Of a stretch of DNA of 64,000 nucleotides, positions 54,101-64,000 are shown piece by piece. Origin of the DNA: Ascidiella aspersa. Taxonomy: Eukaryota. Each line of letters starts with the position of its first letter. The first letter of the stretch is position 1. The stretch covers positions 9,052,001 to 9,116,000 of the forward strand of contig OZ004610.1 in assembly GCA_963924565.1 (NCBI GenBank), given 5' to 3'. A model generated the notes under the pieces. That model saw nothing but the letters and a program-made list of their open reading frames with translations. It did no database searches and was not told the DNA's origin. The translations under genes and the position numbers were made by a program.

Positions 54101-57100
54101 CCAGCTACAGAAATCCACCGACGACAGCAGCAGCATTGGCGGCGTTGAAAAAACGGCCAGTTCTGGACTAGGCTTGCGCAAACAGGCCAGCGTCGCCTCG
54201 TCAACCGGTTCCTTCCGGGTGAATCTGGAATCAGTGAGCGACGCGGGCGAATTGACCGAGACCGACAGTGTGTCGCTGACTTCCAACGACCTGGCGCCGC
54301 CGGACAGCGCCTTCCTGGTGGTGACCGGCATCGAAATGGACAAGTCAGGTTCCGAGGACCAGTATGAGACTGAAAAGGCGCTTAAACTCTTCCTGCGCGA
54401 ATCGCTTGGCATGAGCTGGGAAGAGATCCGTTCCATGGCGATCATCGACTGCTGGCGGCTGCACGCAAGTGGAGAAACGAAGCGCAAAGGCCACGGCAAG
54501 GGAAGCAGCAGTGTCCCGATCGTCGTGCGTTTCGAGACGCTGAGCGACGCAGAGCTGGTGAAGTCACGAGCTCCGGTCGCAAAGATCCAGGGCTTTAACA
54601 TCACCGAGTTGCCGCCGCCGTACCATCAGCAGCAGCGCGGGTCGCTGAACACCCTTCAATCGCAAGAAAGCCCAGAACGCAACAAGCGAATCAAGAAGCT
54701 GAAGTCTGAGGGAATGGGGTTAGTTCGGCTCTGCTCAGTCGGGCGCCAGGGCCGCATTAGTATAGCATTAGGTTTGTGTTAAGGGACACCTGGCTTTGAG
54801 GGCTTCGTTGGTTCCCATTTTTATTTAAATGTTGACGACAATTCAAAAGAACCTTATTGTAGGTTCTCTCAGCTAATTTTACCGCTGTTGTAACCACAAC
54901 ATACCGGGCTAATTTTGCTCTTATTAAGATTGGATAATGTCGCTTATTTAGTGGCCGTACAACCGGTCTGTGACACTAAAATAATTTAAAGAAATTGCTT
55001 CTTTCTGAGTCCACGCCGATTTGGGACACGGTTGCCGTTATGGTTTTATGGTCGGAATAGACAATATAAGGACGCGCTGGTTGTGTGTGTTTGCCTGAGT
55101 CATCTGTGTCGCAACTTCTCGATTTGCCACGCTAGGAACGGCCTAGGTCGCCATGCTATCTTCCTCTCAAAATAAAGCACACAACAGCCTTATGACGATG
55201 TACGTATGTTGTTTACATTTGGCCCGGTGCGCAACGCCAAACAAATTCCACCTGTGAGCCAACGCTCCCGGCCTGCATTTAGTTAAGTTACTAGAAAGCA
55301 GCGTCCAGTGACGTTTAATGAATTGTGCCGGCGTAAACAAGCATCTCGGTTCGCTTCCGTTATGCCCGGTGCGTCATTCTACGTGTTGTTAGACACCCGA
55401 AGATCTTAAAAACCCGCGCTTGCGTTGGTGCGATTTGTTTTACACTGTCAAACAAAACCGTTAATATATATAATATATCGTTGACAACCTGAAAAATGTG
55501 TCGCAATTCTGTATAGAAACTCATATTCCTATAGGGCGGTGGTTTTATACATTTTAAATTGTTAAGAAGACTGACCCTTGTAATTTTGTATTGTTAAACG
55601 ATATTTGCAAAAAACAACACAAAAGATCACTACAACAATATTTTAATTAACCGAAACCAAAATAAAACAACTTTTTGGAGGTTAATGAGATAGTGTAATG
55701 CCTTTGCTTAAGTTATTTTGTCAATTTTTAATTGATTTGTTAAAAAAAAGGAACTATTTCGGTTTCGTTTATTTAAATCTTAAGAATTCCTGAAAAAAAT
55801 ATGACGCGCTTTGTTTTATTATTTTGAGCTGAAACAGTCGAACGCATTATACCTCAAACGATGATTTATTTGTAAAATATTACATCATTGGGAGCATGAA
55901 GTATATGCTCTGGTCAACAGCTACATGTTTTCTGCTCGGCTGAGCGCCAAGCACGCTGGGGAAGGTTATGATGTCACATCACGTCGCCATGTCTATTACG
56001 TCATGGGCGAAAATTGCCGCTACGAAGCCACTATTATTGCGCAGCGTCGTCACCCCACAATAAAACAAAACATTTAAATGTCATTAGGCCTTTGATTAAA
56101 TATCATTCGCCTCAGTTGCGTCATATATGTAACAATTTTCGGTAACAAAAAAGGGGCAAAAAAAAAAACAGACTTGTATTGCCCTGGTACAGTGGTTCTC
56201 AACCGGGGTGCCGCACTCTGGGGTTCCATTTTTAACGCCCAAGGGTGCCCAGAGATATTTCAAATTCTCTAGGATTTCAATTTTTGCTCTATTTGTAAGC
56301 TTCTTTATACAATTTTTTGTTCCGATAAAAATGCCAAAAATTAAAACGTTTGTTTCAACCTTGTTGCACAGTTGATGTTTTAATCTCTTTATTGTAACGT
56401 TACAGTTAACCACTCATGTGAACAAGGTTGCCGTGAGCTATTTATAATTTCTGTAGGGTGCCGCAAGCCAAAAAAGGTTGCGAAACACTGCCCTAGTATT
56501 TCGTTTTGTCATGTTAATAATTACCCTTAATACGCTTTAAACCGAAGCACACATCCACAGTACTAATTTCAATTTCATATCAAAAGATGACTGTCTCATA
56601 ACGCTCTGCGGCCGATATCACTGTTTGCAAACACGACAAAAATTCGTTTTTTTTTTCGCACAGGAGCGACATCTTGCGAAGACTTTCACCTGACCGCAGG
56701 AGGTCGCCAAAGACCAGCACAGAGAATCTGAGTGAAACTGCCAGTAAGTCTCGTCTGCTGCAGATTTGCCAAGCAATATGATAATTGATAAGGATATTTC
56801 AATATATTCACCTATAATATACCAATAGTTTTGATTAGGGATGTTCGATAATATCGGCCTGCATCCGATGCCCGATACCAAGTGCTCCGATACTAAGAGT
56901 GGTATTATTGCGAAATAAAGTTGTGCTTTATCCTTGGTTTTCTATCTTAATGTTTTAATTGTAAATGAAAGGTAAGTAATCTTTATACCGTTAAAGGAAT
57001 TTTTACCTAATTACCACGGAGAAAACTGTCTTTTTAGATTCGATTTTAGAAATTTCGCCTTTTGGACCCAAGTGATACCCCGTACTTTTTGTTTCAAATG

Positions 57101-58457
57101 TCATGTATCAACATCGGAATCAACTCAAGTATCGCAAATCCTTAGCTTTTACCAAATCTCCGGAGTCCAATCCGAGTCGAGCATTTGGCTTGCTGCCTTT
57201 GCTTTTAATTACCGTGTTAACCAAACCAGTTGTGTGTTAACGAAACCTGTTGTGTGTTAACCAAACCTGTTGTGTGTTAACCAAACCAGTTGTGTGTTAA
57301 CCAAACCTGTTGTGTGTTAACCAAACCAGTTATGTTTAACCAACCAGTTATGTTTAACCAAACCAGTTATGTTTAACCAAACCAGTTATGTTTAACCAAA
57401 CCAGTTGTGTCAACCAAACCAGTTGTGTTGCAATAAGTTTACCATCCAACCACTACCAAGAGCACTTGGTGATATACTAACGGAACCGCCTTACGCTCTA
57501 TATGGCACGCAACTATATATATTCATTATACGGACAAATTTCAAATCTCGCTTTATATTTCAGCTTCGCCTTCCGAATCAACGATGTCGGTGGACGGTGT
57601 TACCACGTCAACACCGTCGTCCAACCAGTTTGTGCGCAACTTTCTGCGCAAGAGCTATCATTATGACGTCACGGACGAGAAAGCGAGCCAATCGGACGAA
57701 AAGTGCGTATCCGCTGTTTATAATATAAAACAAATTATCCTTTCCAAAAAAGGTTTCATTTGGTAGTATTTATTCGAATAACAAGTGGATGTCACATACT
57801 GAAGCATTGATCCCCCATTTACTGAGTTTCGAAAGTTTTAAAAGTTGAGATATTTCGGTTACTATAGATTTAAAAAAACGAATCGAAAAATTGCAATACC
57901 GATGAATATATTGTTAAAAATAAAAAGTAAAAATGTCAATTTTTTTGAAAGACGTAAAATACAACACTTCCTTTCATAATTAATTAACAATCTAAGACCT
58001 AGCAGTTAAGATTCACTGGTTCTTCTTGTGCTGTGTTTCTCAACCTTATACATGGTTCTGTAGTTTTGTGTCTCCTATTCACGTGTGATGATTGTTCCAC
58101 GGAACGCCACCAAAAAGTTGTATAAAGTCCCAATGAACACCACAAACACTTTTTTAAATGGCGAATAATTAAAACACTATATTTTCGTGGCCCAAAACAG
58201 CCACCAAGAATATGAACGGGGCCCCTGTTGAGAAACCCTCTGTTCAAGTATATTATAGAGTTTCTGTACTTCAATCTATCATATTAGGAAGTATAGCGTT
58301 GGGGTAACATTCTGACGAGATAATTGTGAATTTTCAGGGACAAGACCAAGTCTCTGAGCAAGTTCTCACCACGTCGGAGTTTGAAGAGGCTCAAGAAGAA
58401 GCAGTCGGGAGCGGCGCTTGGAGGAGACTTGAAGGAGTCGCAGCTAACTCACACGCG
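27131..58457 (+). CDS. 5' part of a large multi-exon gene of unknown identity; low-complexity basic Ser/Thr-rich N-terminus, continues beyond the window
   Basis: In-phase GT-AG exon chain: 27131-27245 (MERANRPGKILVTKQNSRENFNELVHYWKSKSPTPTTP, ends phase 1), 28802-28975 (1>1), 29743-29843 (1>0), 30747-31092 (0>1), 37654-37860 (1>1), 38694-38850 (1>2), 58338-58457 (2>2, DKTKSLSKFSPRRSLKRLKKK). About 406 codons with no stop; exons are more GC-rich than their introns. No recognisable folded domain in the window. Confidence 0.75.
31048..31330 (+). repeat. Tandem duplication of an exon 3' end plus its splice-donor region
   Basis: ccgcttgttcag(c/t)agcagc...ttgtttttctaattgta...aaaataggtaa.cttgagaag.gtgctgttatt occurs at about 31048-31185 and 31189-31330. 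Confidence 0.85.
41212..41388 (+). CDS. Candidate cassette or alternative exon of the plus-strand gene
   Basis: Acceptor ttccag at 41211; 177 nt open in phase 2>2 (RRSTNFLHLEDIKRHIPPVTLQFPCQ...SSPLDLSK) ending at CAG|GTTTCG. Phase fits between the exons ending 38850 and starting 58338. Confidence 0.35.
47392..49600 (+). repeat. Dispersed local duplications arranged B' ... A-B-A'
   Basis: A ~220 bp unit B (caaagtcgtgacagtgacagtgac...agatggttcctattatgccttc...tttacaagtat) occurs at 47392-47614 and 49212-49427. A ~150 bp unit A (ggctc.ggtaaata...gtgtatttcctt) occurs at 49046-49199 and 49450-49600. Confidence 0.9.
50039..50120 (+). other. Probable non-coding (5' UTR) exon
   Basis: Strong acceptor ttttgtttcattttgcag and donor AAG|GTAAGT flank 82 nt that contain no ATG; lies upstream of the 53759 acceptor. 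Confidence 0.5.
52648..53060 (+). repeat. Three tandem copies of a ~148 bp unit
   Basis: tctgt(c/g)gtca(c/a)cgac...gttggt...aaaat...ataagaaaat occurs at about 52648, 52793 and 52942. Confidence 0.85.
53940..54718 (+). CDS. LINE ORF1p-like protein (coiled coil plus RRM, Transposase_22/L1TD1-like); probable alternative first coding exon of the host gene. The unspliced ORF runs to 54782.
   Basis: Acceptor ttttttacag at 53758 and good ATG context (aaacATGG). Heptad coil VNQLEAEVLGLRSRFDKLEHQTEIRLGNIETAISQLQK is followed by LVVTGIE...ETEKALKLFLRESLGM...IIDCWRL...PIVVRF...DAELVKSRA...GFNITELPP...QQR, the motif order of the LINE ORF1 RRM. Donor GG|GTTAGT at 54718 is phase 2, matching the acceptor at 58338. 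Confidence 0.75.
56190..56490. mobile_element. hAT/Charlie-like MITE, 301 bp
   Basis: TIRs cagtggttctcaacc and ggttgcgaaacactg; 8-bp TSD ccctggta / ccctagta (7/8 match). Confidence 0.88.
56965..57702 (+). CDS. Alternative N-terminal exons of the plus-strand gene (56965-56971 and 57564-57702)
   Basis: ATGAAAG|GTAAGT (phase 1) joins tttcag|CTTCG... to give MKASPSESTMSVDGVTTSTPSSNQFVRNFLRKSYHYDVTDEKASQSDE, ending AA|GTGCGT in phase 2, compatible with 58338. The 57564 exon is well supported; its upstream partner is less certain. Confidence 0.6.
57214..57430 (+). repeat. Minisatellite, about 11 copies of a 19-20 bp unit
   Basis: gtgttaaccaaacc(a/t)gttgt repeats grade into gtttaaccaaaccagttat; units are head-to-tail with no spacers. 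Confidence 0.95.
58031..58242. mobile_element. Degenerate hAT/Charlie-like MITE
   Basis: Ends ctgtgtttctcaacc and gttgagaaaccct form an imperfect inverted repeat; no clear TSD. Confidence 0.5.
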
Positions 58458-61400
58458 GTAAGTTGCTGGGTATGTTTCGTCCCGAGTCCGACTCCAGTCA
58501 AATGGGCCGAATCCGGCCCTGACTCTACAGCATGTATATCACTAAGTTACAAAACTAAAATAACGGTTGGAAAATATTCCACTATATGGTATTTCACTTT
58601 TACAATTTTCAGTTGGAAGCCATATCAGTTTTGAAAACGTGGTCTTACTCGAGTCCTGAGACCGAATTCACCTCCGCAGGCCTAGTTCTTAGATGTTTTT
58701 TCACCGCTGACCCATAAAAATGATTTTTTTAGTTCTTATGGTCGGCATGCAATTTTCAGAGATGACGCCATAAATTAACGTCATAAAACCAGTGGACTTA
58801 GAAACCGCCTGTTTTCGGACCAAGAAATTAAAACTGAAATGAAGGCGCCAAAGCGTTTATCTGCTATATGGAACTGGCATATTAGCCGGGTATTTTAGTT
58901 GGGGCCGCAAACATCTTTTCGACATAAGACCATAGAGGAACGTGATAGCCATGGGACATTTCTTGCTCTGAGTCTAAAGGAAAGTTTATGTTGTTAAATG
59001 AATATTCAGGTCGTGTTTATTATATAACCTCCTTATTTACCAACTGCGGCAATAGAAGACAAAAGAAAGGATTTTACGCTTCTCGACCTTACTTCTAAAG
59101 ACGTGACTTGAAATCAGTCTCGCTTTCTAAGCCTTTATCAGTGTCTTGCACATCCATGAGCACTCTTTATACGCCACGCACTGTCTTATTTATGCTGTTT
59201 AACAAAACAAAAAACGTAGTTCTACACGTTTGCTCTACATGCGTGCAAACCTAAACTTGCATGCCTGGTTAGCATTTGCAAAGGTCAACAGCGTAAAAAG
59301 CACTTCCATTGGAAGTAAACTGACAGGCAGTGCTTTTGACTGACATAAGGTAACGGGGCCTCCCGGGCAGCGACGGACCCGCGGCCCATGTTGGTTCGCC
59401 ATCTGTCGCGCTCGCAAAGCGTCCCCGTTTTGACGTTCGCCATCACGTCAGTCATAATCATCTGCCCCTGAATAAAGCACGTGACTTTGTCTGCCACGTT
59501 CCGGCTACTGACGTTCAAAGCGACCAGGGTGCTCTCGCGGAAGGAGTCGGGGAATTTCTCTGTCTGCACGTAGAGCAACCTGTAATTTCCAGCTGACGAC
59601 GCTTTCCGGTCTGGATATTGGAGTTGTGATTGTCGTAGGAAGTGCTTGTTGACGCTGGAATGGACTGGTACGGTAGCTGCAAGTTGCTATTAAAAGCGTG
59701 GAGCAGCGCTGCGTCGGTTTCGGCCCGTATATAACTCGCCATACGCATCGAGAAAACTTAGATGTGTTTGCGTAGGAATGGAGTTTTGGTCAGCTGTGAA
59801 TTGCAGCTTTCTCTTTATGTAGATTGAGAGGCCGATCCACAAGGCTGAGACAGCTTAGGGTTCAAACATAGGTCGCTTAGGGTTCAAACAGGGAGTTGGT
59901 TTAAACGGTTCCAATTTTCACAATTTGTGTCGTTGTGTAAGCAGCTCTGTCCGGAATGCTACATTAGTTTTGAGCTTTCCACGGGATAGGAAGCCTATCT
60001 AAACACGCCTCGCCCTGAGAGGGATTGTATGCAAATTAGACTTCCATCTGTCTGGAATGAATTCAATCGACCGGTTAAAATTAGGGAATTGTAAGAACGG
60101 TTAAAATAAACTCAGTAATGATTCAATTAGTTTAGCGATATATTCTAAAATTCAGAAGAAAGCTTTGTCCGGCAAGCGAACGCTATGCACTTAGGTTTGT
60201 TTTTATCGCCGTCGACCCATTTGACGCTACTGTTGCTTGGCTTAACGTTTTATTCAAGATCTGCTGGTTCAGGTCGTTCCCGGCCCCGGGGACGCGTGTT
60301 TGTTTAAAGCCAACGTGTTGTGTTGATTTGGCAGTAAACGGCGCGTTTGATTGGCGCTTCCGTGGGAAAGGCGCCCTAATGGGAAATTTATGCCGTTTAC
60401 GCGGCTCGCCTGTGCAGCGGGCTTCGACAAAGCGCTAAAGATAACAAGCCAAAAGCGGGAATGCTCGTTTTGATGCCTGGGCCCGTTTCTGTGCCGAATT
60501 TATGCTTAAGGCGATTTGGTTTGTTGCTGTGATGCTGACGCAAGGGTGGTGACAGTGCAAAAGTACCAGTTTGGATATAAAAATTGGGGTTCCTTTGTGC
60601 GCCGACCAGAATACCCGAATTTATATTTCTCGAATTACAGAAATTTTGAAGCTTTAAAAAGTTGTGGGTTTATATTGCTCGCTGTATACCGAAACGAACT
60701 AAAGCGACATCAGTTCGCTTTGACTTCAATTCGGGGCAAGTTTTTCCCATTAGCCTTGCTTTCATTCGCCTGATAACATGAAAGCTGCCGAATTGACTCC
60801 CACCCATAAAAACAGTGGGAGATAGAGCAAAGCGTCCGTCCGCAATAAAACGCGCTTAACGCAGACGCGGGGAGATATGAAGATAATGGCTGCTGGCTGG
60901 TTGGTTGGTTGGTCGACAGAGCCGCAGAGACAGACTCGGTTTTCAATGGAATTCAGACAGCGCCCCTCGCATAATAGAGTCAGCTGTGGCTCTTATGTAG
61001 CTCCCCACCAGTTTCCGTTCCTAGACAATGGAAATTAGGAAAGCGGTGAAGAGAGGTGGGCTCGCGTCCATTCGCTTCGTAGGGCTTTTAAAATCGTTTT
61101 TATATTTCGTATGTGCGTATCTGCTGTGCATCAGGCGTCGCGACGTCGCTCTGAGCGAGTGATGTCATAGCTTTTTAGGCGCATAAATGGATTTTAGAGC
61201 GGTTAATGTGCGGCATTTCGGTGTTTGTCTGGTTCGGATCCTGTCGTGTACTTGCGCAACACAAAATCATCTGGTTAAGTAAGTCGCGGTGGCGCCCACC
61301 TTTAGTGGCCATTGTGCTCATGCAAATCATTTCCGCGATTATATATAAATGAACAAACGACCCGCATAAAATGATTAGCATATGGCTCATATTCTGTTTA

Positions 61401-64000
61401 GAGTTTAGACAGCGTACAATCTTACCCGGCATAGAGTTTAGTCTATTAGTTGTTCAAAAAGTGAGTTTTTGTGTATTGAAGTTCAAGTTTTACAGCCAGG
61501 CGTACCAGCGAGAGGCAATTCTACTTGTTTTATTTGACTGTTGTTAATCGTTAAGTCAAAGCTAGTAGCCTCCCTCAAGAGCACTTAGTAGAGAAACCTT
61601 GTTTTCCATTTGGACAACATGAGCTTTGAGTGCACGCTTTCGGAATAGCATAATAATCGGTTCCAGTTGAGCTGATCATCGCCATTTCCACAATTTCCCG
61701 AGTGGTTCGAGGTAAAAGCGATCGCTGCACCCGCTTTCGATTGCCTTTGCTGCTTATGTGCTGTCGAGTGCCATTGTCGAAACCGCGCCCCCATTCATAC
61801 AAGGCACCGCCCACTTTCGAAACTTCAGTCGGGCGGGCATATCCAGGCGATGAAGCGTTTGGCGTACACAGTTGAGAATGCTTCGAATGCATTGCTGTGT
61901 TATGCTGCAGTTCGTAGAACGAACTAATCGCCAATTTTGTTCTACTGTCGCGACTGCATTTCCTAAAAAGGAGTTTCAGGAACATTTTAATTAGGTCAAT
62001 TTTAGACTTAATTAAATCTTAACTAATTCGTTGGTGAATTAAAGCACCCAGTCCAATAAAATACCAAGAACTGGTAGAAGAAATACTGTAAAAACAAATG
62101 GAAAAAAAAAGAAAATGTACCTGTCGAAGCGGGATACTTGAACAATTAGCACTCGACATATGAACGTTTCTGGTTAAATAGAAAAAATTCCAACTTTATC
62201 TATGTGGAGTACATTTTAAATGAAATGCAAAGCAGGCAATTGCAAGTTCCGAATTAAAAAATTGTGATCAACAATTTGTACTTAGCGCATTACAACTGTT
62301 TGAAGAAGTAGCACAGAAAGAAGGCACATACGCAAATCGCCTTAGCGATTTAAACCACGCAAGGTCGTTGTCGGGGCAACGCTGGGAAAAAATACGCACG
62401 AGGTCAAGCAAAGGTGACTAACACTACCAGATCAGTCGCATTGTTGTTATTTTTATATCAAATCTAAGATTTAGCTGTGGTTTGTACTGAACAATCAGAT
62501 TGTGACGGGAGAATTTTTCCCGTTCAAAAGTGTATAGTCGTCTGACAACAAGACAGCAAATATGTATTGGTTATAAATTTATGTAAATGTACACAGTTTC
62601 CCTTTGAAAAAATACTTGCTAACTTGCTGATATTGATATTTGCCTTAGTTTGTTACTGATTAAATAAATACTAACGCAGACTGTCTTAATTGTTTATAAC
62701 TAAATTAGGTGAGTGGTCCTGATATTTGCCTAATTGTTTAACAACTCTCGGCTGTTGTCTGCTAAATAGATTGCGCTACAGTACTAAGTAGCGGTTGTGT
62801 CTTCGATCTACATCCAGGTCGTTTCAATGTAAAATCACGCCAAACATTTACTACACTTATTTATTTTGCGCCTTTTTCGTGTTTAGGGGCTAGGGCCATT
62901 AAAGGATTAAAAAAAAGCTTAACAGGCGGTTTTCATTAGCAGTTCGTTTTATTTAAAATTAAATTGTTAGAACCTAGCCGTCCTAGCGTCTCTAAATTCT
63001 TAGATCAATACCTTTTCGTCGTTGAGCTATAGTCAAGTTTGGGAAATGGCAGATTATCATGGAAACGTGGTATGTCTTGCTTTGCGAGATAATTATACGA
63101 GGTGTCTAAAACTCTTAAGTGACAACTCGGAATTTCCCGTCGAAAGGCCTTTCACAACAAACAAGGCACCGAGAGGTAGCGGATTGCGTAATTTGTGTTG
63201 ATTCTGCTAAACCGGAACCTGCACGATGTGCACTCCTTAGCCCTATACCACCTGTCCATCACTCAAACCACCCAGCGCTGTTATTTGTGTTGGCTTACGC
63301 GCAAGCGAACAGATCGCCAATAAAAGTCGTGATCGACCCGTTTAATTATGCTCCCCGCATATGTGTGCCTTTTTTTGTGCGTCGAAACGGCACTCCTAAA
63401 TCGGCCGGCGTGGTTTTGTCCAAAGGTATACAACACAGGCTAGCCCATGCTCACCGCGGGTGGCCTATCGTCTTGGCCTTTGACGTTCAACGCTAATGAG
63501 TGTCGGAAAAACGGAAGCCCTTGGTTTTCAAAACACTGACTTTTGTTTCGAGGTTGCCCATATAGCTGAACTTGTCCGATAGTGACGATAGTGTTTTTTT
63601 GTTTATTTATTTTAATCTCGATATCGGCGAGCAATTGTCAAAACAACGCTTTTCGCCAACCTTTCTAAAGTCAACTAAGTATGGTGAATTATGTGCGGCA
63701 AGGCATTACGTGATATTGGCCAATCTTTTACCGGGAAAGTTATTCGACTTCCCAGCAATTCTCCTTCGGTTTTCTTATCTCCATTGGCGTTTTTCCATGA
63801 CTTTTCATAATAGAGATAGGCATCCTTTTTAGCCAAGATTTTTATATTCTCCAATTTGTTTTTTGCAAAGGGTGATTCGATTTGGATTCAAGAAGTAGTG
63901 TAAACTGGTCTGTGTTGTAATCAAGTCAGCCTGAAATGACCTAAGACCCAGTCCAAGTCATTAATTGCAAAAAATAAAAAAACTATAGATCTTGTACGAC

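Noticed and set aside
54059-54604. 181-aa antisense ORF over the ORF1-like exon
   Set aside because: Shadow ORF expected from GC3-rich coding on the opposite strand.
57214-57430. CRISPR-like regular repeats
   Set aside because: Head-to-tail units with no unique spacers, in a eukaryotic intron, with no cas genes.
59285-59748. GC-rich minus-strand ORFs with a PDSFRESTLVAL segment faintly like LINE RT
   Set aside because: No other RT motifs; short, wrong strand, and 4.5 kb from the ORF1-like exon, so not its ORF2.

Overview
This is eukaryotic animal DNA, most likely from an ascidian (tunicate). That assignment is inferred from the operon-like gene packing, patchy CpG depletion and the MITE types. 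The left 15.4 kb holds four tightly packed minus-strand genes, in transcription order MESD, DRG2, NUF2, MCM4. The first three have intronless coding sequences, while MCM4 has 13 exons, all reconstructed in phase (871 aa). A pair of E2F sites with CCAAT boxes lies upstream of the first gene only, suggesting a trans-spliced polycistronic unit built from retrogenes on a G1/S promoter. The remaining ~47 kb is the 5' part of one large plus-strand gene with long introns. It has an in-phase chain of exons encoding a low-complexity, basic Ser/Thr-rich N-terminus, plus several candidate alternative first exons that converge on a phase-2 exon at 58338; its identifying domain lies beyond the window. One alternative exon (53940-54718) encodes a coiled coil plus a LINE ORF1p-type RRM domain with no ORF2 nearby, and looks like a retrotransposon ORF1 domesticated as a host N-terminus. 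Several hAT MITEs, local duplications and a minisatellite are also present. All calls were made by eye, without database searches.
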